Position numbers and translations under genes: made by a program
The notes under the pieces: generated by a model
Databases searched by the model: none
Told to the model about the DNA's origin: nothing
Seen by the model: the letters and a program-made list of their open reading frames with translations, nothing else
From: Capsulimonadales bacterium
Lineage (GTDB): Bacteria > Armatimonadota > Armatimonadia > Armatimonadales > Armatimonadaceae
Direction: 5' to 3'
Assembly: GCA_033762295.1 (NCBI GenBank)
Contig: JANRLW010000120.1
Location: 1-18,235, forward strand
Length of the DNA: 18,235 bases
Shown: positions 1-7,549 of the stretch, piece by piece
How positions within the stretch are numbered: the first letter of the stretch is position 1
How the letters are laid out: every line of letters begins with the position of its first letter

Positions 1-867
1 GTGGTCTTTTTCGCACAGGAAGAGGCCGGCAGGCTGGGCGAGAACTACGTATCGACGGAACACCTGCTCCTGGGACTGGTTCGAGAGAATGACAGCGTGG
101 CGGCACGGATTCTCGACCGGCTCGGGGTAAGCCTGGGACGGGTCCGCTCGGAGATCGAAAGACAGGTAGTTCGGGGCGACGGACGTCCGGGGCAGGATAT
201 GCAACTGACGTCGCGCGCCAAGCGGGTGATCGACCTGGCATTTGACGAAGCGCGACAGCTCAACAATAACTATATCGGTACCGAACACCTGCTTCTGGGC
301 TTGATCCGGGAGGGCGAGGGGTTGGCCGGTCGGGTCCTCAACAAACTGGGCGTCGATCCGGAGCGGACCCGGCGCGAGGTGATTCGGTTGCAGGAGGCCG
401 AACCGGGGGAAATTCCGACGACTCCGAAGGCGGAAACAACGGAACGGGTGGACCGTCCGCAGTACCTGCCCGGTTTGCTCGGAACCGCGAAAAACGACGA
501 CGGGCGGGACTACATCGAAGTCGCCCTCGATACCGCCACCTTTCTCCAGCTTATCGACGTTTTCCAGGCGAAGGATTCCTTCGGCTACCGCGCCCTCCTC
601 CAGGGAGACCAGACCATGTTCGCCATCCCGGTCGGCACTCCCCTGAAGATCCTGGTCGTTCCCGCAGACGGAGCGGTGGTCGGCGAAAAGATCGGCTTTT
701 ACGTCCGCGTCCTTGGGGGCCACTATGCCGGGTATGCCGGATGGATCTTCCGAGATTACTTCGAAACCGTCGGGCCGGATCACGCCGTATTCCCGCCGCC
801 CATCGATCCTCCGGCCGTCGACGGCGGCGGGGCAGAAGAGGTCGGTCAGGCCGGTCAAGGAGAATGA
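1..867 (+). CDS. Clp repeat (ClpC N-terminal) domain protein with an unrelated C-terminal domain and no AAA+ ATPase; probably 5'-truncated by the window edge
   Basis: Two Clp-N repeats (AQEEAGRLGENYVSTEHLLLGL and AFDEARQLNNNYIGTEHLLLGL) span about aa 1-131. The ORF opens mid-motif, about 11 aa into a typical ClpC start. It stops at 867 with no Walker A/B. Confidence 0.85.
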   Translation: MVFFAQEEAGRLGENYVSTEHLLLGLVRENDSVAARILDRLGVSLGRVRSEIERQVVRGDGRPGQDMQLTSRAKRVIDLAFDEARQLNNNYIGTEHLLLGLIREGEGLAGRVLNKLGVDPERTRREVIRLQEAEPGEIPTTPKAETTERVDRPQYLPGLLGTAKNDDGRDYIEVALDTATFLQLIDVFQAKDSFGYRALLQGDQTMFAIPVGTPLKILVVPADGAVVGEKIGFYVRVLGGHYAGYAGWIFRDYFETVGPDHAVFPPPIDPPAVDGGGAEEVGQAGQGE

Positions 868-928
868 GGTTTCGACGCCGAAACGTTCCCTACCGCTGCG
901 GGCGTCGCTCGCCCGAAGGAGACGTTTA

Positions 929-1945
929 ATGGCTGTACGAAAAGCCCTGCTCGTGGGAGCGGGCGGAATGGGACGCGGATGGGGTCGGAACCTCAAAAAT
1001 AACGGGGATGTCGCCGAAATCGTCGGCTGGGTCGACATTCGCCCCGATGCCGCCGAAGCCGCCGCGCACGAACTGGAACTGTCCGGAATCCATACCGGCG
1101 ACGATCTCGAAAAAGCGATCGTCGAAACCCGGCCCGATTTCGTCGTCGATATCACCGTGCCCGAGGCCCACCGGGATGTGACCCTGACCGCCCTCAAACA
1201 TGGCCTGCCGGTTCTCGGCGAGAAACCGATGGCCCACTCGATGGAGGCGGCCCGCGAAATGGTCGCGGCCTCCGAAAAGGCCGGCAAACTCTACATGGTC
1301 AGTCAAAGCCGGCGTTACGACGGACGGATCCATGCCTACCGGAACCTGATCCGCGATACCGTCGGCCCTCCCGGCATTCTCAACTCCGACTTCTATATCG
1401 GCGCGCACTTCGGCGGGTTTCGCGACGAAATGGCGCATGTTCTCCTCCTCGACATGGCGATTCACACGTTCGACGCCGCCCGGTTCCTCACCGACGCGGA
1501 CCCGGTCGCCGTCTATTGCGAGGAGTTCAACCCCGCCTGGTCCTGGTATCAGGGCGCCGCCTCCGCGACCGCTCTCTTCGAGATGTCGAACGGACTGCGC
1601 TATACCTACCGTGGCTCCTGGTGCGCGGAGGGCCGGATGACCTCCTGGGAAGCCGACTGGCGCGCGGTCGGGCCGCAGGGCACCGCGACCTGGGACGGAC
1701 ATTCGTCACTGATTGCCGAAAAGGTCGTCGAGTCCGGGCACTTCCATTCCGAAACCGAGAAGATCGAGGCGCAGCCCCTGACCATGCCGGGCGGGATTCA
1801 CGGCAGCCTTCTCGATTTTATCCATGCTCTGGATACCGGCGCGACCCCGATGGGCGAATGCCACGACAATATTCGGTCCCTCGCCATGGTCTTTTCGGCG
1901 ATCGAATCGGCACAGACCGGACAGCGTATCGAGATCCGCTGGTAG
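929..1945 (+). CDS. Gfo/Idh/MocA family oxidoreductase
   Basis: N-terminal Rossmann motif LVGAGGMG, EKP motif (VLGEKPMA) and DMAIH motif. Start moved to ATG 929, which follows an AAGGAG SD at 916-921. Confidence 0.92.
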   Translation: MAVRKALLVGAGGMGRGWGRNLKNNGDVAEIVGWVDIRPDAAEAAAHELELSGIHTGDDLEKAIVETRPDFVVDITVPEAHRDVTLTALKHGLPVLGEKPMAHSMEAAREMVAASEKAGKLYMVSQSRRYDGRIHAYRNLIRDTVGPPGILNSDFYIGAHFGGFRDEMAHVLLLDMAIHTFDAARFLTDADPVAVYCEEFNPAWSWYQGAASATALFEMSNGLRYTYRGSWCAEGRMTSWEADWRAVGPQGTATWDGHSSLIAEKVVESGHFHSETEKIEAQPLTMPGGIHGSLLDFIHALDTGATPMGECHDNIRSLAMVFSAIESAQTGQRIEIRW

Positions 1946-2140
1946 CGATCGGTTTCCGGATTTCCGGCAAAAATTAGCGTAAGGCCCCGTTATGCGGTAA
2001 ACACTAAGGAAAGACGGGGCCGTCCTCCATCGCCCCGAAGGAACCTTGCCCGCCCGCCGCGACGTACCCGAAAGGTACCGGTCACTCGTGCCCGATCGTT
2101 TTACCGCCTTGCCGGTATCGTCAGCCGTTTAGTCAGGAGT

Positions 2141-5100
2141 ATGCCCATCCTCATGCAGTTCGATCTTTCGACGCATCCGACGCGTTTCCCGATCAGTCGG
2201 GTCCTTTCGGTAACCGCCCTGATTTTCGGGATGAACGCCGTGGCGTTCGCCCAGAACCCGCCGCCCGCACCGAAGGGAACCCCGCAAAACGCCCCCGCCG
2301 TGACGCAACCCGCTGCCAAAACCGTGCTTGTTTACCGGGCGCAGGCGGGACAGGTTCGCAAAGGGCGTGGCATGGCCAGTCTGACGCTCTCCCCCGGCGG
2401 ACAGAAAGTTTCTCTGGACATTCGGGAAAGCAGCAAACAGACCTACAAAAGCGTCGCACCGAACGGTGACATCACCTATGAGGAGACCACCGAATCCTCC
2501 GAAACCCTGGTGAACGGACGAAAACCCGAAACCCCGGAAGAAGATCAGAACAAGGATGTCAATACGATCACGATCCGCCCGAACGGAATGCTCGTCTCCT
2601 ATACCTCCACCAAAGAGGATAAGGACGACCTGAAGTTTCAGGGCCGCCTGTACTACGCGACCAATATCGTCTTTTCCGAGAAACCGGTCGGCAAGGGCGA
2701 CAAATGGACCGTCGATATCAAGCCGAATGAGGACCTCGGAGTTCGCGCGTCCAAAATCGAATACGAAGTGGTCGATACCAAACGGATCAACGATACCGAC
2801 ACCGTCATGATCCGTTTCTCCTTCGCCGAGAACACGTCCGGCGGCATCTCCAGCAAAGGCAACCTCCTGATCGAGGCCAATTCCGGCGATACCCTCTCCG
2901 CCGATATCAATATCGAAGGCGTTCCTCTCGGACCGCCCGGACAGGAAACCCCCGCCACCGGGAAACTGATCACCGAACGGGTGGAGGGCGGCCCGCTCCC
3001 CGGCGCGAAGAATGTCGCCGCCGCCCGGACCGAGAAGAAAGATAAAACCATCGATGAAACGGTGAAGGATTTCGAGAAGATGCCCGGAATCCTCACCCTT
3101 TACCGGAAGAAGGAATCCAATCGGGAGACCATCTACCTCGAGATTCCCGAGGCGAAACTGGACAAGCCGTATTTCCTGCAGGTGACCGCCGCCACCGGGA
3201 CGGGTCAGGAAATCATTGCCGGAGACGCGATCAACGATATTGTCTTCAAATTCTCGCGCAACGGCGACGATAAACTTCTGTTGATCACTCCCAACTGGCA
3301 GAACCAGGCCGACCCGACGACCCCGATCGGCAAAGCGGTCGAACGATCCTTCTCCGAAAGCTACCTCCAGTCGTTCAAGATCGAGGCGAAACAGCCCGAA
3401 CGGAAATCGCTACTGATCGATATCTCCGACCTGTTCCGGTCCGACTTCGCACAGATCACGCGGGCGCTGAGCGGTGGGGACGGTCTCGCGGGGCTTCTCG
3501 GAATGCCGTCCGGCGGCGGCGCGGGACTTGACCGCGAAAAAACCTATATCCGGTCGATCAAGAACCTCCCCGAAAACCTGGTCGTCTTTACCCAGTACCA
3601 CTTTCTGCGCGGTGGACGCGTCGCTCGTGGCGCCTCCGCGCCGGCGGACCCCCGGAGCCTTCCACTGGTGGTTGCCTACAACCTGATCGCGCTGCCCAAC
3701 GACGAAAATCTGCGGCCTACCAACGGTTACGTCCCCCGCAAAGCCGATCCGCGCGTCGGTTACTTCACGACGGAGTACTTCGACTACACCGACGACACCC
3801 GGGACGAGTTCATCAACCGCTACATCACCCGCTGGGATCTTCGCAAAAAGGACCCGAACGCTCCCCTTTCCGAACCGGAAAAACCCATCGTCTTCTGGCT
3901 TGACAATGCGATCCCCACGCAATATCGGGAAGTCACCCGCCGAGCCATCCTCGTCTGGAACAAAGCGTTCGAAAAAATCGGGTTCAAGGACGCCATCCGC
4001 GTCGAGCAGATGCCCGACAAACCCGATTTCGACCATGCGGACCTTCGTTACAATGTCGTTCGCTGGGTCGTGACGCCGCCGGACTCCCCCCGCAACGGCG
4101 TTGCGGTCGGTCAACTGCGCGCCAACCCGCTGACCGGGCAGATTCTGAATGCCGCCGTATCGATCGACGCCGAGTGGACGCACTACTCGCGAATTTTGCA
4201 CCGCAACCTGATCGACCCCGCCGCCCGGTTCCGGGAAGGCGCGAACCTTGATATGGAAGAAGCCCTTTCGGGCGTCGTTCCCGTGTCCGAGGAACTGGCC
4301 GCGCGTATCGCCCGCCGACGCAGCGGAGCGGACGCCCGCCGGTGCGAGATTTCCGCCGGTCTCGGTGAGAAAGCCGTCTTCGGCCTGATGGCGCTCGACC
4401 TCTCGGAACCCGCCGGTCTGACACCGGCGCGGGAAAAGGACTACACCGAGCAGCTTCTTCTGGAAACCGTCACGCATGAGATCGGACACGTCCTCGGCCT
4501 GACACATAACTTCATCGCCTCGACGCAATTGACCCTGGAGCAGTTGAAGAACCCGCAGGTGGTCCGCGAGCAGGGAATCAGCGCGTCGGTGATGGACTAC
4601 AACAACTTCAATATCTCGGCGATCGGCGCGCCCGGAGTCGATTTCTACTCCCAGACCGTCGGCGTCTACGACCTCTGGGCCATCCGCTACGGCTACTCGA
4701 CCTTCGCTCCCGGCGCCGAGACCGCCGGCCTGAAGGAAATCGCGTCCCAGAGCAACCGTCCGGGACACGCCTACGAAGAGGACATCACCGCGTTCATCGG
4801 ACTCGATCCGCGCGTCGTTCAGTACGACATTTCGGGTCAGCCCCTCGATTACTGGGAGCGCATGCTTCAGCTTTCCCGACGGCTGATCCTGACCCTCGAT
4901 GCCCGCGAACCGAAAATGGGCGAATCCTACTGGGAGTTCACCAAACGCCTGAACCTCCTGCTCGGGCAGTATGCACGGGCGGCGGGCGTCACCTCCCGGT
5001 TCATCGGCGGAATCCGACTGAACCGGAACCACCGGGGCGACGCCAACGAACAGGCGAATACGCTTCCGGTCAGCGTTGCCGACCAGAAGCGCGCACTCAA

Positions 5101-5758
5101 CCTGTTGAACACCTACGTCTTTGCGCCGACCGCCATGACGCTGCCCGAACGGTACTACGGCCATCTCACCAACGACCCGTATAATCCCTCCTTCTCCCAG
5201 GACCAGCCGATCGGCGACGCAATCTCCAACGTTCAGACCAGCGCCGTGCGCCGCGTTTTCGCGCCGTCGGTGCTTCGTCGGCTGCAAAACGCCGAGTTCA
5301 AGATGGGAGAGGGAAGCAGCAAAGCACTGACCCTCCCCACCCTGTTCGACAGCGTGCGCGATAACATCTGGGCCGAGGTCCGGACGGTTGCCGTAACCCG
5401 TGTGGCCGCCGTACGATCGGTCCCCCCGGCGACCAGAGCAACGCCGATCCGTATTCCGCTCCTGCGCCGACAGCTCCAGAGAGCCTACCTCGACACCATG
5501 ATCGATATGGCGACCAAACCGACCGGTGCGCCGGACGACGCCCGGATGCTTGCCTGGGAACAGTTGCGGCAGATGAAAACGCGACTCCTCGCCGCCCGAA
5601 CCGCACCGACCGCCGACGAGTACACGCGTCTGCACCTGCGCGACTCCCTGGACAAGATAAACCGGGCTCTGGAAGCCAAACTGACCCTCGGCGCAGCGAC
5701 CCCTTCCGGTTCGGACTCGAACCTTCTGCGAATGCTTCTCGGCGGAAAAGGACCGTAG
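2141..5758 (+). CDS. Secreted zinc-dependent metalloprotease (metzincin; EcxA-like, DUF5117/DUF4953-type architecture) with an extra N-terminal domain
   Basis: Signal-peptide-like N-terminus ending AVAFA-Q, HEIGHVLGLTH zinc motif (4475-4507), SVMDY Met-turn, family motifs PRKADPRVGYF, KPIVFWLD and GVYDLWAIRYGY. Start is ambiguous between ATG 2141 and ATG 2153. Confidence 0.88.
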   Translation: MPILMQFDLSTHPTRFPISRVLSVTALIFGMNAVAFAQNPPPAPKGTPQNAPAVTQPAAKTVLVYRAQAGQVRKGRGMASLTLSPGGQKVSLDIRESSKQTYKSVAPNGDITYEETTESSETLVNGRKPETPEEDQNKDVNTITIRPNGMLVSYTSTKEDKDDLKFQGRLYYATNIVFSEKPVGKGDKWTVDIKPNEDLGVRASKIEYEVVDTKRINDTDTVMIRFSFAENTSGGISSKGNLLIEANSGDTLSADINIEGVPLGPPGQETPATGKLITERVEGGPLPGAKNVAAARTEKKDKTIDETVKDFEKMPGILTLYRKKESNRETIYLEIPEAKLDKPYFLQVTAATGTGQEIIAGDAINDIVFKFSRNGDDKLLLITPNWQNQADPTTPIGKAVERSFSESYLQSFKIEAKQPERKSLLIDISDLFRSDFAQITRALSGGDGLAGLLGMPSGGGAGLDREKTYIRSIKNLPENLVVFTQYHFLRGGRVARGASAPADPRSLPLVVAYNLIALPNDENLRPTNGYVPRKADPRVGYFTTEYFDYTDDTRDEFINRYITRWDLRKKDPNAPLSEPEKPIVFWLDNAIPTQYREVTRRAILVWNKAFEKIGFKDAIRVEQMPDKPDFDHADLRYNVVRWVVTPPDSPRNGVAVGQLRANPLTGQILNAAVSIDAEWTHYSRILHRNLIDPAARFREGANLDMEEALSGVVPVSEELAARIARRRSGADARRCEISAGLGEKAVFGLMALDLSEPAGLTPAREKDYTEQLLLETVTHEIGHVLGLTHNFIASTQLTLEQLKNPQVVREQGISASVMDYNNFNISAIGAPGVDFYSQTVGVYDLWAIRYGYSTFAPGAETAGLKEIASQSNRPGHAYEEDITAFIGLDPRVVQYDISGQPLDYWERMLQLSRRLILTLDAREPKMGESYWEFTKRLNLLLGQYARAAGVTSRFIGGIRLNRNHRGDANEQANTLPVSVADQKRALNLLNTYVFAPTAMTLPERYYGHLTNDPYNPSFSQDQPIGDAISNVQTSAVRRVFAPSVLRRLQNAEFKMGEGSSKALTLPTLFDSVRDNIWAEVRTVAVTRVAAVRSVPPATRATPIRIPLLRRQLQRAYLDTMIDMATKPTGAPDDARMLAWEQLRQMKTRLLAARTAPTADEYTRLHLRDSLDKINRALEAKLTLGAATPSGSDSNLLRMLLGGKGP

Positions 5759-5766
5759 ACCGCCTT

Positions 5767-5795
5767 ACCTCCGGGAGGATTGATCTCCCGGAGGT
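5767..5795 (+). terminator. Stem-loop after the metalloprotease stop (putative terminator or mRNA 3'-end hairpin, no U-tract)
   Basis: Perfect 11-bp inverted repeat ACCTCCGGGAG / CTCCCGGAGGT with a 7-nt loop, 8 nt after TAG. Confidence 0.6.
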
Positions 5796-5938
5796 GAACG
5801 CCATAAGATGCCCCGGCTGTTTCCAAAAAGAAGGGAAACCCGCGACCGGCTCCCTGACTCTTGACTATTGTTCGTATGTTTGCCTCCCCGCAGTCACGTG
5901 GCGTACCGCGACCGACCTGCCCGAGGCGAGGAGGGTAC

Positions 5939-6643
5939 GTGTTACAAAAGGGATTCGAGTTTCTTCTGCGCGGCGGCTGGATCATGTGGCCGCTGTTTGT
6001 GTGCGCCATTCTGTCCGTCGCTGTGATGATCGAACGCACCTGGGTCCTGCGTCGCCAGGAACGGGAGGCGGACACGGCATCCGAACGCGTTCTCCACGCG
6101 CTTCGGCAGGGGAACGCCGAAAATGCCCTCACGGAAGCCCGGAAATCGAACGGCGCGGTCGGCAAGGTGCTGGCCGCCGGACTGTCGCGGCGGAGTCAGG
6201 GATCGGAAGCGGTCGAACAGGCCATGCAGGCCGCCGGCCTCCGCCAGTTGCGCGTGCTCAATGAACGCCTCGGGTGGCTCGATACCATCATTACCATGGC
6301 GCCGCTCCTCGGACTGCTGGGAACCGTCACGGGCATGATCAGTGCGTTTCAGGTCGTCGCCACCGCCAGCGGCGCGTCCGCCGCTCCCGCCATTACCGGG
6401 GGCGTCGCCGAGGCCCTTATCGCCACCGCCACCGGCCTCGCGATCGCCGTCGCAACCCTCCCGGTTTATAACCATCTCACCGAAAAGGTGAAGGAACTGA
6501 CCAACGACATGGAGGCGGCGGCGACCGAAACCCAAAGTCTGCTGGCCGGACTGCCGAACGTCGATGCCGAAGCCGCCTCGCAGGACGGATCGGCGGCTTT
6601 TCCGGAGGAGGCGATCCGTGCGTCTGCCACAGCAACCCGCTAG
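5939..6643 (+). CDS. exbB: MotA/TolQ/ExbB proton channel family protein
   Basis: GGWIMWPL in TM1, APLLGLLGTVTGMISAF in TM2 and GGVAEALIATATGL in TM3, with the conserved Thr/Glu/Thr channel residues. GTG start at 5939 follows a GAGGAGG SD. Confidence 0.93.
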   Translation: MLQKGFEFLLRGGWIMWPLFVCAILSVAVMIERTWVLRRQEREADTASERVLHALRQGNAENALTEARKSNGAVGKVLAAGLSRRSQGSEAVEQAMQAAGLRQLRVLNERLGWLDTIITMAPLLGLLGTVTGMISAFQVVATASGASAAPAITGGVAEALIATATGLAIAVATLPVYNHLTEKVKELTNDMEAAATETQSLLAGLPNVDAEAASQDGSAAFPEEAIRASATATR

Positions 6644-7049
6644 AAAAGGGCGCATCGAGATCATTCCCATGATCGACGCCATCTTCTTCCTGCTGGTCTT
6701 CTTTATCATGACCAGCCTTTCCATGATCCGGCTGGAAACGCATGGCGCGACACTGCCCGGCAGCCGGACGACCGTCGCCCAGTCCCTCACCGGCGACCGA
6801 CTGGTCGTCGTTCTTCGGCGGGATCAGGCGATCTTCGTCGATAAGAACCCGGCCAGCGAAGCCGATGTTTTGCGGATTGTCCGTGAACGGGTCGCCGCCA
6901 CGCCGGACCTGCCCGTCCTTCTCACCGCCGACCGGGAAGCCGATGTCACCCGGTTTTTACGACTCTTCGACCTGGTCAAACAGGCCGATGCCCGGAATGT
7001 CATCGTCGCCACCGAACTGACCCCGTCCGCCCCGACACGAGGCAACTGA
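6618..7049 (+). CDS. exbD: ExbD/TolR family biopolymer transporter (copy 1)
   Basis: IEIIPMIDAIFFLLVFF TM motif with the essential Asp and a C-terminal LTADREA motif. GTG start at 6618 follows GGAGGAGG and overlaps the end of exbB. Confidence 0.92.
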   Translation: MRLPQQPARKGRIEIIPMIDAIFFLLVFFIMTSLSMIRLETHGATLPGSRTTVAQSLTGDRLVVVLRRDQAIFVDKNPASEADVLRIVRERVAATPDLPVLLTADREADVTRFLRLFDLVKQADARNVIVATELTPSAPTRGN

Positions 7050-7549
7050 TGCGCCTGCCGAAAACGCCGCCGAAACGCGCCCGAATCGAAATCGTGCCGA
7101 TGATCGACGCGATCTTCTTTCTGCTCGTTTTCTTTATGTACAGTTCGCTTTCGATGGTCAAACTCAACGGTCTTCCCGTCGCGCTACCCCAGGTGCCCGG
7201 CAGCGGAACCCCGAGGCCCGGCATCGCAAAGGAGGCCCCGCACCTCCTGGTCGCTTTACGTTCCGACGGGTCCCGTACCGTGCGCGGCAACCCCGTCGCC
7301 GACACCGATCTCCTCGCTGCCGTGCGCAACTACCTGAACGAAAAACCCGAGACGCTCGTGGTACTGCAGGCCGAAAAAGGAAGCGGCATTCAGGACCTTG
7401 TCTCCGTCATGGACGCGCTGAATACCCTTCGCCTCGCCGATGGTCGGACACCTGCCATCCTCGTCGCCACTGAGGCCGTCACACGACCGGACCGGGCGGT
7501 GGCCGCTCCCGGAAACCCAACCGGGCCGATCCAAGGACCGAAACCATGA
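7049..7549 (+). CDS. exbD: ExbD/TolR family biopolymer transporter (copy 2)
   Basis: IEIVPMIDAIFFLLVFF motif, periplasmic domain VVLQAEK...LVSVMDAL, and a TGATG overlap with the first exbD. Confidence 0.92.
   Translation: MRLPKTPPKRARIEIVPMIDAIFFLLVFFMYSSLSMVKLNGLPVALPQVPGSGTPRPGIAKEAPHLLVALRSDGSRTVRGNPVADTDLLAAVRNYLNEKPETLVVLQAEKGSGIQDLVSVMDALNTLRLADGRTPAILVATEAVTRPDRAVAAPGNPTGPIQGPKP

Noticed and set aside
844..861. GGTCAGGCCGGTCA matching the 9-bp repeat at 8932-8985
   Set aside because: This is a short match explained by Gly-Gln-Ala codons in GC-rich DNA. There is no spacer pattern, so it is not a CRISPR or dispersed repeat.
1..867. Calling the first gene clpC
   Set aside because: It has no AAA+ domain or Walker motifs, and no downstream frameshifted ATPase fragment is visible.
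869..915. Two 6-bp hairpins between the Clp-N gene and the oxidoreductase
   Set aside because: They are short, have no U-tract and are expected by chance at this GC content.
713..928. 72-aa N-terminal extension of the oxidoreductase in the ORF track
   Set aside because: It overlaps the upstream gene. The SD and the Rossmann motif place the start at 929.
1995..2025. GGTAAAC...GAAAG resemblance to a c-di-GMP-I riboswitch
   Set aside because: The bases flanking GAAA do not pair, and the GCAAAG segment and second stem are missing.
3410..5635. 741-aa antisense ORF
   Set aside because: It lies wholly opposite the metalloprotease and has no recognisable motifs. It is a typical stop-poor shadow frame of GC-rich coding DNA.
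5836..5860. Similarity of CCCGCGACC..TCC.TG here to 18205-18220
   Set aside because: The shared core is only 9 GC-rich bases, too weak to call a shared regulatory motif.
5800..5938. Cobalamin riboswitch or Fur box upstream of exbB
   Set aside because: Only AAGGGAA is present, without the downstream GGTG-AA-TCC / GCAACTGT elements, and there is no AT-rich GATAAT palindrome.
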